Assembly: GCA_951406725.2 (NCBI GenBank)
Contig: OX597814.1
Span: 131,440,001 to 131,504,000 of the forward strand
Length of the DNA: 64,000 bases
Reading direction: 5' to 3'
DNA from: Octopus vulgaris
Lineage: Eukaryota
This document shows, piece by piece, positions 50,018 to 64,000 of the stretch; positions within the stretch are counted from its first letter, which is position 1, and the number at the start of each line of letters is the position of its first letter. A program made the translations under genes and the position numbers. The notes below the pieces were generated by a model, which saw only the letters and a program-made list of their open reading frames with translations, ran no database searches and was not told the origin of the DNA.

Positions 50018-52281
50018 ACAATTTCTTCAATGTAATGTCATTCTCGGGCATTCATGGGGCCCCACTGTTTCTAATGGTTGTATGTATGGGCTACAGTAAA
50101 GTTAGTGCGTAGTTTCTGTGTGATCACCTAACATGTTAGAAATAGCAGCCAGTTAGTTCTCCACAAAAATCTTACCTTACCGTCCATCATAAATAAGAAA
50201 TTTATATATTGGCGTGCTAGTTTGGAAACAAAAACAAAACGAACGCCGACATATTTATAGTTTAGGCCGAGTTGAGGTTTACAGTCTTATTGTTGAGCTT
50301 CAGATCAGCACTAACTGAATAAACCTATGAACAAATAGGTTCCAACCGTGATCATCCTGTCTTTTTAAAAAAAAATAATTTTTTTTTTTCCAGACCAGAT
50401 TTAGTGTATCAATAAGATTGTTCCTTTGTTTTTAGACATTATTAAAAAGTGGCTAGCTGCTTAATTCAGATTCTATTATTCGCACACATTCTATTATTCT
50501 ATTATTCGCTCACATTTCCATTTGTGGTATCACTTTACACCAGGGGTTTCATGACGTTCAGAAACGTAGGGGGAATACATATATATATATACTGAACATC
50601 AAAGCAGCGAACAAATACATTTCGTTAAGCGGTTTCTCTCAGTAAACTTATCTTACCTTCTTTTCTCCTTTCGCCTGTTACAAATCCTTCTTTTCCGTAT
50701 TTATTTATTTTCGTCCTTTTCTTATATCCTTACCCACTCCTCTCGCCTATTCTAGCTTTTGTGTCAACTCCAATCTATATTTATTTAATTTCTTGCTGTC
50801 TTGCAACCAACAAAGCTGCTGCCAAATAGATCTCGAGAATTAAGGGCTACTCAATCAATCCGTTGTCCCCTATCAAGACGTGACATGTGAATTAAAGGGT
50901 CAGTGTATTAGTTTACGTTCTGTTGTGGAGTAATTTTCATTTATATTCACCGTTCCCTTAATTTTATTCTCGTGACCTACATTTCGTTGTGTTTCTTCAT
51001 TCCTCTTCTATCTAGCCTTTGTTTGTCTCTCCTTCTTTTAAGGTCGATCGAGGATGGCCCCTGTATTAGGGTCATGGCTTAGGTTAGGAGAGCTATGCAT
51101 CAATTTACTTCCTCGACGCCGTCGTAGGTGGCATGTTATCGTTATGTTTACAAACGCAGCATGCGAATTTTGAACACTGAACTTTTGGATTGCCAGAAGG
51201 GTGGGGTTAAACTGTAAGTGGGAAAGGATGTTACAGAGGGTTTGTGTTCCTGGAAGAACGGAGTGTAACAATGGCTACACAGCTATCTCGTTCAAATCAA
51301 GAGCTGGAAACCATTTCTGTATTTGAAAGCGGCATTGGATCAAGAGTTATTAAACCGAAGACAGCTCTAATGGAATTGAGGGAGATTCGGCTACAATTTA
51401 TTATTTTTTGTACTGTATGCGAGTCGAGCAATCACATAGTGGTTCCCTCATTGGTTCGCTTTACTTCTGTGATCCAATCAGAAGTTTCCTAATCAATCTT
51501 TGCCTTTGGGATAAGAACGCAATCTTGACACAATATTTTGAGAATTTTACGCACAAAATCTTGATTGAAGACAATGGAACGAAATTAATTGATCCTATAT
51601 GTCAATGCCAGTTCAGATATTCGGGGAAAATAAATCGATTTCCTGGCCTTAAGAAAGAAAAAAATCTTTTGTGGATAACTAGTTATTGTATCGATCAATC
51701 GGAATTAACGGAAAGCTGGCAAAATCGTTAGCATGCCCGGCAAAATCGTTAGCATGCCCGGCAAAATGCTTAGCGGCATTTCGTCTATCTTTACAGTCTG
51801 AGTTCAAATTCTGCTGAGGTCGACATTACTTTTTATCCTTTCGGGGTCGATAAAATAAGTTACCAGTTGAGCACTGAGGTTGATGTAGTGGCGAGTTATA
51901 TAAAACTAGCTGCCCTTTTTGAGATAATATGCTAGGATTTGAAAGAAATTTGGCTTCTTTTTCTTCAGGGCAAGCGGCAGTAATGAGTTCAGACCATGTC
52001 GATTAGGATTAGTATTAGGCTTATTTATGGAGGTATTTTGAGTTGAAAAGAAAATAATTATGATAATAAAATAAAAATGAAATGGTTAAGATGAGAAACA
52101 AATCATAAGTAATTATGTAATTGCAGTTTCGTTTTCTATGATTAGCTTTACAGTTCTGATATTACTTAATCGCTTGTTCTGTCATCCCAAAATATACACA
52201 CTTTGTAATAATTCCGTTCATATCCAACATTAGTGTTAAGTTGTACGAACTGCTGAACAGTGCAATTATAAGAACAAGCTA

Positions 52282-52324
<43 letters not shown>

Positions 52325-54422
52325 AAATAAGCATTAACGTATTCAATGGATGTAAACATGACACAAAGCCAACAATGATAATTAACTGTATGGAACACCG
52401 TACATCATTTAAATGAATAAATATATTTTGTATATGTAGGCAAAGCAAAAAAAGTAAAGAAAAATGAAGGTAATTATCGAAGTCACTATGCATCATATGG
52501 GTTTATTTAATTTTAATATATGCAAGCATGGAAAATTGCCAACGAAGATATGACACACTATATGGTATATGAATAACTGAATAATGTATGAAGGGGGAGG
52601 GAAAACAAAACATATTTACATAATATAAAATGCATAAATTCATATTTTGTGTAATAATTGCATGTAATCGATTCGATATTAACGTCTTTAGTCGATTAGA
52701 TATAGTGGTCTTTATTTTCTTCATGATGAGAGAATCTGGTTTTCATTTCTGTATGCTACAATGTTATCCTGGACAATATAGAATCGTAACCAATAGGAAA
52801 GCTCCAGACCTAGAGTTCTATTAGCCACCATCACTGCTTCCAGGTCCACTCTGGCACTGGGCTGTAGTACTGATCTTGTAGTTAAAGCAAATATTAATCG
52901 AAAAAGAGGTAGCCCCTAGATGTGTTTGCCATTCAGGCTTGCCCTTGCCTGCTGATCTATGGAAATGCCCCGTCGTGATATGAAGCAGTCCCCCTGCCTA
53001 AAAATTAAGTAGGCCCTATACCTCACGAATAAGTTCAGGTGATCAGAAGACTTATAAATAACACAATGTAACACATGCTTTGTTTATTTGTATTTTTTAA
53101 TTTTCATATATGCATCTTTTGCCACTAAATTCAAAAATCACATTCGTTTTGACGTAACATCGATAGTTATTTATTTATTCCTAGTTTCATATTTGCTCGT
53201 TATATTTGTAACTTTTCTCTACAGCATTTTGTTGGTTCAATCTATTCTAGTATTGTAAGGATAATTACACAACATTTAGTACTTTTTCATATATTGAAAG
53301 GTATTTAGGAAGTATAATATTAGTTAGGACAAAAAGAAACAATAGAAGACACACTAAAAAGAATGGCACAAGAAAGGGGGAATAGGAGGGGCTGTTATAA
53401 CTAGAAAAGCGACCATAAAGCACTTGACTGATTCGATTCATCAATAACAAATGCAGGAGCTACCCGATTGAATGACACTGGTTCATTTCTGAAATATCCT
53501 AAACTCGCACTAGACAACCCATAGCCATGATGGCTCTTCTCTGTTTCTCATATTACGCAGACATATATGGTAGCTTGACCTGTTAGAAAGCAGCTAAATC
53601 TTTCGCCCACATGTCCTTTTTTTTTTCGGTTGTCACTCGAATGAATGATTGTACTGAGTTAGAACTGAATACTTCCAAATATTAAACTGCATATATTGAG
53701 TAATCGTTTCTTCTGTAAACATTACACCTTGCTCAACTAATTTTGTTGCTGTGGGTCAGAGATGATGAATGGCATGATGGAAGAAACAAAGCAAGATCTC
53801 GATAAATTGAAATTTCCCTTTCAAGTTGGAGGAACGTAACAAAATTGTCGGTGACTACAAAAAGGGAGATAGTTAAAAGTTGAGCTGTAAAGTTCCTTTG
53901 TTGTTGGTATAATGCCTTGAATGGATCACCCATTAATTTGTTTTTTCATGTAGATTTTTTTCATTCTCATTCAAGTTGTATTCCAACTCATTTTATGTGT
54001 TATAATTATGTTGCACGCATGGTTGCACAATTAAGAAATTTGCATCGCTACTTTGCGGTTTCCGGTTATGTTTCATTGTACAACATCTTGGGCAAATTCT
54101 TCTATTAACCCAAGTTCATCTAATCCTGAATTAAGTTGACAGAAACTGTGTGTGTTTGTGTGCGCGTTCTCTCGCGCACACCTGTAGTTTTGTGTTTGTC
54201 CCTCCACTATTTGGCAACTGGCGTTTGCCTATAGAAGTCCTCGTCAGTTAACGGTTCCGCAACGGTAAACCGTTAGACTAAGGACCAGGTTTTTAAAAAG
54301 GGAAAAACAGAAAAAGTACTAGGGTCGATTGTTCATCGACTAAACTAGTCGTGGGAAAACTTTCGGGGGGGGGGGGGCACGGTTAGCGAAAAATTACCTC
54401 GAACATTTTTAGTATTGCAGCC

Positions 54423-54660
54423 ATCTAATGATGACCCATATCTTGTACGGCCCGTTTCTCGAAAAGGTTGCCCATACTTGTACTTAACTCCCCATCCAAC
54501 CCAGCATGGCCGCAGTTTAGTGACTGACTCGCAGCTATATCTAATGATGACCCATATCTTGTACGGCCTGCTTCTCGAAAAGGTTGCCCATGCTTGTACT
54601 TAACTCTCCAATGTAGTGTTCCCCATCCAACCCAGTATGGCCGCAGTTGAGTGACTAACT
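54423..54660 (+). repeat. Tandem duplication (~117-bp period) including a SINE A tail end
   Basis: atctaatgatgacccatatcttgtacggcc...ccag(c/t)atggccgcagtt occurs twice. Confidence 0.85.
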
Positions 54661-55862
54661 CAAGTAAGAAAATAAAAGAATGAAAAAAAAAAAAAAAAAA
54701 AGGTATCTACATATTCATGCCATTGACACAACTGAGTCATTCTCCTTAAGCACTCCCCCCTCCCCACCGGCCACGTATGTATTCTATGCATGTCTTTATC
54801 TGTCTTCGTTTGTTTTACGAATGAATGACCTTGCATTCAGTTTGGAAATTCCCCACTTTTTACCAAGCATTCTCTATCTCTTTGCATGCAATTTAAACTG
54901 CACGAAACAGTTAATTGTATTCCTCTGAACTTTGCTGACAACTCGCCTCTCCCCTACCACCATCACCGCTCCCCCCCCCATACCTCTCATCCTCCTCTCT
55001 TTCTCTCCCTGTTTTAACTAACACCCACACTCTCACTCCTCTCTCCCTTGGCCAATCGCTTCACAATTCTCACTCTCCTCCTCCTCCTCCCTCTGTCCCT
55101 CTCTCGACCCTTCTCTTTAATCTTTCTCTTGTCCTCACACAAGCCTTACTCTTTTCCCTCTCTCTTTCTTTTTTTCTCTCTCTCTTTCTCTCTCTCTATC
55201 TAGCTCTCACTCTCTATTTCGACCCATCTCCTACTTCAATCTTTCTCTTGCCCTCACACCATCCCTTAACTTCGTAAGCCTTACTCTCCCCACCTCTCCC
55301 CCTTTCTCTCTCTCTCTCTCTCTCACCGCCTCCCTCAGTTGCTTGCACCATCTCTTACTACCACCCCCATCGCTCACTCACATATTTCTTACCATTGCAT
55401 CCTCTCTCTCCCTCTTACATCCTCCTCTCCTACCTCATTATTTATACACAGCCAGTGAAACTCTCACCAGAAACTAGGTTAGCTATATCAGAAACTAGGA
55501 CATACCGTGAATGCACTCAAATGCTTCCCTGATTCTCTTTCTTTTCTTTTCTTTTCTTTTCTTTCTTTTTTTTTCTGAATGTGTGAGTAAGTGTGTGTGT
55601 GTGTGTGTGTGTGTGATTTTTAATTTCCATTGTTTATTTATTTTTTTCCTTAATGTTTTCTCTTTTCATATTGAAATGAAAATGGGGCATTTGTGTATGT
55701 GTGTATTTATGTGTGTACATGTGCTATATATATATGTATATATAGATATAGATATATAGAACAAAAACAAATCATAGATCTCATACCAGGTCAGGACATA
55801 ATTGGGTAAAATAAAATCATAAGTATGTAACACATCCACATATAAGTTCTAGTAATAAGCAC

Positions 55863-56104
<242 letters not shown>

Positions 56105-56703
56105 ACATGTCTGTCTGTCTGTCCGCGTGTGTATTGTTTTTATGTCTTTATAATAGAAATAATTTAATATTAAATGGAGGAGGTAGATTTTTTGCCTTTC
56201 ATCCTTTCAGGTGTCGATGACTTAAGTACCAGTTGCGAACTGGGGTCGATCTAATCGACTGCTCTCCCTGCCCCCCAAAATTTCGCGCCTTGTGCCCAAA
56301 GCAGAGAAGAATATTAAACGGAGGAATTTACTCTACCTCTTTGTAGGAGTACATATACTTTACTTCCGAGAACAGGGGGGGGTCACAGTGACTTCGAAAG
56401 TTTCGGCCTGTTAGCTTTCGTATATACACGCACACTGCACTTAAAATGCTTTGCTTCACAACCATTTTGTTTCGTAGTTGGTTTCACTGCGTGACATCTT
56501 GGGTAATTGTCTTCGATTATAATCATCGATTAACCAATTACTTGTGAGGTGGATTTAGTAGGCGGAAATTGCACTGAAACCCATCGTGCACGTGTATGTG
56601 GATCCACGTGGTTTTTCTCATTAGTTACGTTTTGCATGGCCTCTCTAGCCATCACATCACTACCTTTCTACCCGACCACCTCCTGCTCTGTTTATTTTCT
56701 CCC

Positions 56704-56843
56704 AGCTTGCTTATGAACCATACGGTTCCGGGTTCAGTCCCATTGCGTGTCACCTTGGGCAAATGTCTTCTACTCTATCCTCGGAGCCGACCAAAGCTTT
56801 GTGAGTGAATTTGGTAGACAGAAACTGAAAGAAGCCCGTCGTA

Positions 56844-56900
<57 letters not shown>

Positions 56901-57121
56901 GTACATATATATATGTGTGTGTGTATGTTTGTCTGTGCTTGTCCCCCAATATCACTTGACAACCTATGCTGGTGTGTTTGCGTCCCCGTAACCTAGCGGT
57001 TCGGCAAAAGAGACCGATAGAATATGTACTTGGCTTACAAAGTATAAGCCCTGAGGTCGATTTGCTCGACTAAAGGTGGTGCTCCAGCATGGCCACGGTC
57101 AAATGACTGAAAAGAGTAAAA
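56704..57121 (+). mobile_element. SINE family A
   Basis: Body, microsatellite and tail; inverted older copies follow at about 57675-58030 and 58160-58360. Confidence 0.9.
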
Positions 57122-58390
57122 GAAGACCTATGAGATTTGCTTCCTGTTTCATCAGTATCACCCATCATACACTCCTTGATCTCCACCTCCACTCTTGTTT
57201 TCCCTCTCACGCACATACACACACCTCATAAGTGTAATCCCTGCACTCACTCCCTCACTCAAACAAATGCACACTCGCTTCTACGTTCTATTATTTCTGT
57301 CACTATTCTTTCGGTACATGTTTGACATGAGCCAAGCAGCTGAAAATCGCTTACTTTCGCCTACTTTTTCTTGTGGTTTTTAACCACCTTGCTTTCTTCT
57401 CCAAAACCATCTACGTACCTTCTCTTCCCTCTTCCTCTCTACATATAATTTTATTTCTTCTATTCCATCCATATATTTTGACAAATGACCAATTATCCGA
57501 AACCTCCATATCTCTTCTTTTCCTTCACATTGTCTTTCATCCTGGCATTCATCGTATTTTTCCTCTATATTTCAGTGTGTGTGTGTGTACTTTCTATAGA
57601 GTTTGATTACTTTTGTTTTGTGATTTATGCTAGAAACAAATGTTTACCAGTTTGGCGGGTATTTTCTTTAGTGTTTGCTTCAGTCATTGAACTGCGCCCT
57701 CGGAACGTTTAATCGAACAAATTCCAGTCCCAGTAAATATTTTAAAGTCTGGTACTTACTTACTCTATCGCTCTCTTTTTGCCGAACCGCTACTAATGAA
57801 GACATAAGCAAAACCAAAACCAATTGTGAAGGTTTTTTTTTTTTTTTAGATAGAGCGCAAACACAGACACAGAGACACACATAGATATATATTTATACTA
57901 GCTTCCACACCGTTTTCGTCTATCAGATTAACTCTCACAGGACATTGGTCGAACCAGAGCTAGACTTGAAGACATTTGCCCACTGTGTGGCGCTGACCCT
58001 GAAACCACGTAGATGCAATGGGAACTTTTTAACCTCAAGTCAGCATTGATAGCACAAATCTCTGTTTCAAGACATTCGGTCTGTCATCGCACCTTCTTTA
58101 CAAACAGTATATGTATGGTAAACCCAATTATGTCATTTTATCTAAGGTGGTTATCTCTTATCTTTTAATTCTTTCAGTCATTACAATGTGGCCATGCTGG
58201 GGCACTGCCCTGAAGAACTTTTAGTCGGACGACTCGACTTCATTACTTATTTATATTTTTAAAACCTGGTACTTATTCTATCGGTCTCTCTTGCCGAACC
58301 GCTATGTTACAAGGACTTAAACACCAGCACCGGTTGTTAAGCGGTGGTGGAGGAAAACACACACACGCATGTATGTGTGTATGTGTATGT

Positions 58391-58682
58391 GGAGGCGCAA
58401 TGGCCCAGTGGTTAGGGCAGCAGACTCGCGGTCGTAGGATCGCGATTTCGATTCCCAGACCGGGCGTTGTGAGTGTTTATTGAGCGAAAACACCTAAAAA
58501 GCTCCACGAGGCTCCGGCAGGGGGTGGTGGCAATCCCTTATTGTACTCTTTCGCCTCAATTTCTCTTACTCTTTCTTCTCTTGGCCTGCTCGCTTAGCCA
58601 GCGGGGTGGCGTCATTTGAAGGCTAAAACAATGCGAAGCGCATTGTGACCAGAGATGTGTAACATCTGATAGCTTGGTCGGT

Positions 58683-58690
<8 letters not shown>
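58391..58690 (+). mobile_element. SINE family D, tail type 2, ending in (AT)n
   Basis: GGAGGCGCAATGGCCCAGTGG head and TTTCGATTCC B box; tail ...GGTCGGTCACGTGAT. Confidence 0.8.
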
Positions 58691-58742
<52 letters not shown>

Positions 58743-58934
58743 TGTTATGCGGTTCAGCCCTAAGGCTGTGGCCAACTTGGGGCACCTCCAGTGTAATCAC
58801 CCTTCCATTAGCCAATTCTATGTGATAGGCTTTTGGTGACGGAGTGAGTTCGACACTGCTGCCCTATTTTGAGTTTCCTGCCTAGATATTGGTTCATTTG
58901 GGATCGTAGAGCAAGTGGTCAAATGAGTGTGTAT

Positions 58935-58999
<65 letters not shown>

Positions 59000-59015
59000 A
59001 TATATATGTATGTAT

Positions 59016-59635
59016 ATAAATGGAGTTAAACGCAGTTGTTATTCAAATCTTTTTACTTCCGACATATTTTCAAAGAAAACATTGTTATTAAGGAATAAAA
59101 TTGTTTTAAAACAATGCAATCTTCTCATCAGGGAAAGAAAGACACCAAACACATCAATAAGACATTTTAACAGAATGTAATGATTGCGTATATGATGAAG
59201 GGAGCGCTAGCAAAATTTTTAAAAAAAGAACGTTAGTAGATATAACGTCAAAGGTAATTTTATAGAAAGAGAAGGAGAAAGAAAGAAATTAGCAGAAAAC
59301 TAATAGTGGAGAATAAAGGTTCAAGACATGGAAGTAGATATATTTAGTGGAAGTGAAATGTAAGAAGACAGTCAAAGGTCAAATTTTATAAATGGCAGAA
59401 ATTAATTATAGGAATTAAATGTGTGTTTTAGCCTAGCGTTCCCTTCATCATATACACAGTCATCACATTCTGTTAAAAATGTTTTACTGATGTGTTTGGT
59501 TTCTTTCTTTCCCTGATGAGAAGATTGCATTGTTTTACACCATTTTATTCCTTCTGGAATAATAACAATGTTTTGTTTGAAACATGTGTCGGATGTAAAA
59601 AGATTTGAATAACACCTGCGTTTAACTCCATTTAT
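59016..59635. mobile_element. Penelope-like fold-back element (about 200-bp arms, 220-bp spacer)
   Basis: 59016-59210 pairs with 59433-59635; abuts (CA)n/(TA)n; a hammerhead motif lies in each arm. Confidence 0.75.
59507..59595 (+). ncRNA. Type I hammerhead ribozyme motif
   Basis: TCC-CTGATGA (59513-59519), long stem II, GAAA (59579-59582), C ATGT G TC, then GGA; predicted cleavage after C59590. Confidence 0.65.
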
Positions 59636-59804
59636 TTATTTCTCTATATCATAAAAAAACATTTCACCTAAACCTGGAGTTTCTGCCTTTATAAGTAGGC
59701 TGTTACATCCTTGGTACTTGTGTGAATTTTTGCTATCCTGGTAGCCATTTGTTTATTTTTTTTTCGTGTTATTTGTAAACATTGGAAAAACACATACATA
59801 CATG

Positions 59805-59849
<45 letters not shown>

Positions 59850-59851
59850 TT

Positions 59852-59913
<62 letters not shown>

Positions 59914-60231
59914 GTGTGTGTGTATATATATATATATACATATATGTATATATGTACGTATATATGTGTGTATATATGTATGTGTATATATATGTATGTA
60001 TCTATCTATCTATCAAGATTAATCAGCCGAAATTGCGACGATGATCCGGTTCTTGACTGAAGATTAGAGGCTTAGAATGACCCGTCAGTTTTTTGTGTCG
60101 TCTATTTGAGTGTTTTGCGTTCTTGTCCCATTTTGTATTTTTATATATATTTTTTATACATACATATATATATATATATATACATACATATATACATATG
60201 TATCTATGCGTGTGTGTGTATATACACACAC

Positions 60232-60277
<46 letters not shown>

Positions 60278-60328
60278 CTGTGTCTGTGTGTGCATGTATA
60301 TATGTGTTGTGTATGTATATATACACAC

Positions 60329-60377
<49 letters not shown>

Positions 60378-61535
60378 TGTGTGTTTATGTGTAGGTTGTC
60401 AATCGTCTCGATTATCTCAGATCTCAACAGATTTTCAGATTATAGATACAAAAGAAGTATGCGTATGTGTCTTATCACACATGCGCACGCGCGCGCTCAC
60501 TATGGGCTCCAGAGCAAATTTGTTTACCAAATTTCACTCATATAATATTGGCCGACCGACCCCAAGGCCTTATAATAAAAGGAAGCTGAGACCCCGTTTT
60601 ACACTGGGATAATTTTGTATATACATATACAGGCACACATCTCTGAATTCTTTATTCGTGCACACACACACACTCACACAAACCACCACCACCGTCATCA
60701 TCATCATCATCATCATCATCATCACCATAGTATGATTTTTACTTTTGCCGCATTGTATTTTCTTTTTTGTTTTTTTTTTCCCCTAGCATATATAAATCGT
60801 TCGCAATTTCCCATCGCCTTTGCTGCTACTACTTTTATAATAATCTGTACTGCCGTAGGGGTCCTGTTTGTCGAAAGGAACTTTCTGTACTACTATAGTG
60901 CATGTAGCTCCCTTCTATTCCCATCTGACACACACACACACACACACATTGAAAGCTTGCTCTCACGTAGAAACACGTACGCGCGGAGTATGACCTACTT
61001 CCGGATAGATGCACTTGTTTTGCATTCTTTATTTATTCCCCCGCCATCCCGGACGGGACAGATGAAGAGATAGGATGATAAATAGACAGAGAAATGTAGG
61101 TAGTGAAAAAGGGAAATAAAATAGATTGATGAGATAGGCAGGCTTTTGGTGGTTGTGGACCGACAGGGAGAATGAAGTACATGGAGATTAATTAGCAGGA
61201 CAACGCATAGATAGATAGGTATCAAGATAATGCTAATACAGAGAGGTGGATTGCTAGATATCTGGATGGATATATGTCGATCAATAGATTTAGAGATAGA
61301 TGGATATGTGTGGAGATTCGCAAAATGATGTTTAAGTTAAATACAAAAAGATTTAATCGATGAATATGTACAGATAAATTGTATAAAGCGAGATCTATCT
61401 ATCTGTCTATGCCTGCATGCAATTTATATGTGTGTTTGTTTCTCTCTATATATACATGTGTGTGTGTGTGTGTGTGTGTAACCTGCATATGTGTGTATTT
61501 AAATCTATCAATTTTCCCTTACTTAATAATCTTTA

Positions 61536-61536
<1 letters not shown>

Positions 61537-61617
<81 letters not shown>

Positions 61618-61701
61618 ATCTATCTAATTTATCTATTTATCTATCTTTCTATCTATATTTCTATCTATCAATCTATCTTTTTATCTTTCTTTCTATCTAT
61701 C

Positions 61702-61745
<44 letters not shown>
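61537..61745. repeat. (TATC)n microsatellite, degenerate at the 3' end
   Basis: Seen directly. Confidence 0.9.
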
Positions 61746-62179
61746 ATCTCAATCTTGTGTTACGTGTGTGTACACACACACTCTCTCTGTCTCTGTCTCT
61801 CTCTCTCTCACACACACACACACATATTCATGACCAGAAAGAGAGGAGGCAAAGTGTGTGCATGTGTGTCAAAGGGAGATGAGAACATGGAGCTTTAGGG
61901 CTTGAAAACTCGTTCTGTTTGCATATATTTCCGAACTTCCTCTTTCTTTTTGTTTTTCCTTTCCATCTCTCCCATCATCCTGGCATTCCCCCCACCCCCT
62001 TCGTTTGTTTGTTTATGTGTTATACCCATCACTTTTCTTCGTTAAAATTTCCGCTCAGTCACATACATATCGGCCGCAAGCCAAATTTCTCTCTCACACA
62101 CACACACACACTCTCCATCGTTCTCTGTCTTTCTTTCTCTCTCTCTGATGCTCGCACACACACACTTTTTTCTTCATTT

Positions 62180-62233
<54 letters not shown>

Positions 62234-62480
62234 AGTCACTCACACTCTCACACACACATGCACATAAAATCTTTCTGCGTTTTTCTCATGGATATCTTAT
62301 GGCCTGTAAAGAAAGATACACACACATTTTCCTCCCTCTGTAGTATTTCCTCTCTTTAAAGCATTCTCTTCCTTACACGCATTTTCTCCCTTCTACCTCC
62401 AACGTCTCTCTTCTTCTTCTCCATTCCTTTTTTTCTGAACCTTTTTCTTCTGGTCTGCCTGTCTGTCTTATCCTTGGTTC

Positions 62481-62635
<155 letters not shown>

Positions 62636-63118
62636 ACACCGTTTACCAATTAAACAGCTTTATCTGTCTTTGTTATACACTTATTATTAGAGCTGGATAA
62701 TGTTCGCCTCATTTGCTGAGTTTGTCGGAAGGACCCTTGCAGAACCCTTTTAAACCCTGTTAACTAAATGCTGTTGATATTTCATTTTAACTGTTGATGC
62801 TGTGTAATCGCTTCTGTAGCATGCTGGAGGGATATAATTAGAATACCTCTGTCAGGTATCTTGTACATCCATTCCAACCGCATAAAATAACAAATCGTGT
62901 TGAAAGAAGTTGATGAGGGCTCTGGACCAAGTGTGAGCTTGAAAGGAAATTCTTGCTTTCATTTGCATCCACCGAACAATAAAACAGAGATCTGTGGTTT
63001 CTTAGAATAGTAATTGTTTTCAGGATAGGCTCAAGGCTAGAAGTGTGTTTGTTGGGGCGAGGGTATAGCTGATTGTATTAAACCCTAGTACTCTTATATT
63101 ATCGACTCTGTAATAAAC

Positions 63119-63693
63119 CTGGCAGAAACGTTAGCACACCAGGCGAAATGTTTAGTGGTATTTCATCTGTCTTTACATTCTGAGTTCAAATTCCACCAAG
63201 GTCAACTTTGCCTTTCATTCTTTCAGGGTCGATAAATTAAGTACCAGTTACGCACTGGGTTAATGTAATCGACTTAATCCCTTTGTCTGTCCTTGTTTGT
63301 CCTCTCTGTGTTTAGCCCCTTGTGGGTAGTAAAGAAATAGGTATTTCGTCTGCTGCTACGTTCTGAGTTCAAATTCCGCCGAGGTCAACTCTGCCTTTCA
63401 TTCTTTCAGGGTCGATAAATTAAGTACCAGTTATGCACTGGTATCGATGTAATCGACTTAATCCCTTTGTCTGTCCTTGTTTGTCCCCTCTATGTTTAGC
63501 CCCTTGTGGGCAATAAAGAAATAAGAAATGTTGGTACACCAGGCGAAATGCTTAGTGGTATTTCGTCTGTCTTTACATTCTGAGTTCAACTTTGCCTTTC
63601 ATCCTTTCAAGAGTTGTTAAATTAAGTACCAGTTCCATACTGGGGTTGATCAAATCGATTGCCCCCCCTCCCCTTAAATTTTGAGCCTTGTCC
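63119..63693 (+). mobile_element. SINE family C trimer
   Basis: Three Nin-like cores; unit junctions near 63340 and 63524. Confidence 0.85.
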
Positions 63694-64000
63694 CTTGAGT
63701 CAAAGTTAGCCTCAGCAGGATTTGAGCAAGACATTAGTTCGAAAGCAGCAACATTTTTCAATGATAATTACAGTTTCTGAATTAGGCTCATTACAAGGGG
63801 CTTTGAGGAAAAGAGGTTAATCAATTACATTGACCCCAGTATTTGACTGGTTACTTTATTAACCCCAGAGGTATGAAAGGTAGAGTTGACATTGATGGGA
63901 TTTGAACTTCAGAGTGTAAAGAGCCTGAACAAATAACACAAGGTATTTTTCTGCTACTCTAAACGGTCTGCTAGTTCACTGCCTTAATAATAATATTAAT

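Noticed and set aside
60050-60090. CTGAAGA...GAAT...GTC hammerhead-like spacing
   Set aside because: Lacks GAAA and clear stems; at most a decayed relic.
63119-63693. Repeated units suggesting a CRISPR-like array
   Set aside because: Eukaryotic SINE multimer with no unique spacers and no cas genes.

Overview
AT-rich, repeat-dense eukaryotic DNA. The SINE families and the microsatellite load suggest an octopod or coleoid cephalopod (inference). I recognise no intact known gene, and most ORF-track entries are microsatellite or SINE translations. Supported content: at least five SINE-like families (two CORE-like, one Nin/Deu-like, one tRNA-headed with swappable tails, one RTE-related), decayed CR1 and RTE LINE fragments, a 1.18-kb solo LTR, a piggyBac-type MITE and a set of GG...CC MITEs with 8-bp TSDs (Merlin-like). 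There is also a group of microsatellite-anchored fold-back elements carrying Penelope-type hammerhead ribozyme motifs, one with a complete core at 59507-59595. The window probably lies in the introns of a large + strand gene: long + strand pyrimidine tracts end at candidate micro- or cassette exons (2994-3011, 18124-18165 and others). A possible antisense 3-exon, 104-aa ORF (9520 down to 740) lies downstream of an RFX X-box and has NRF1 sites nearby. All exon calls are unverified.
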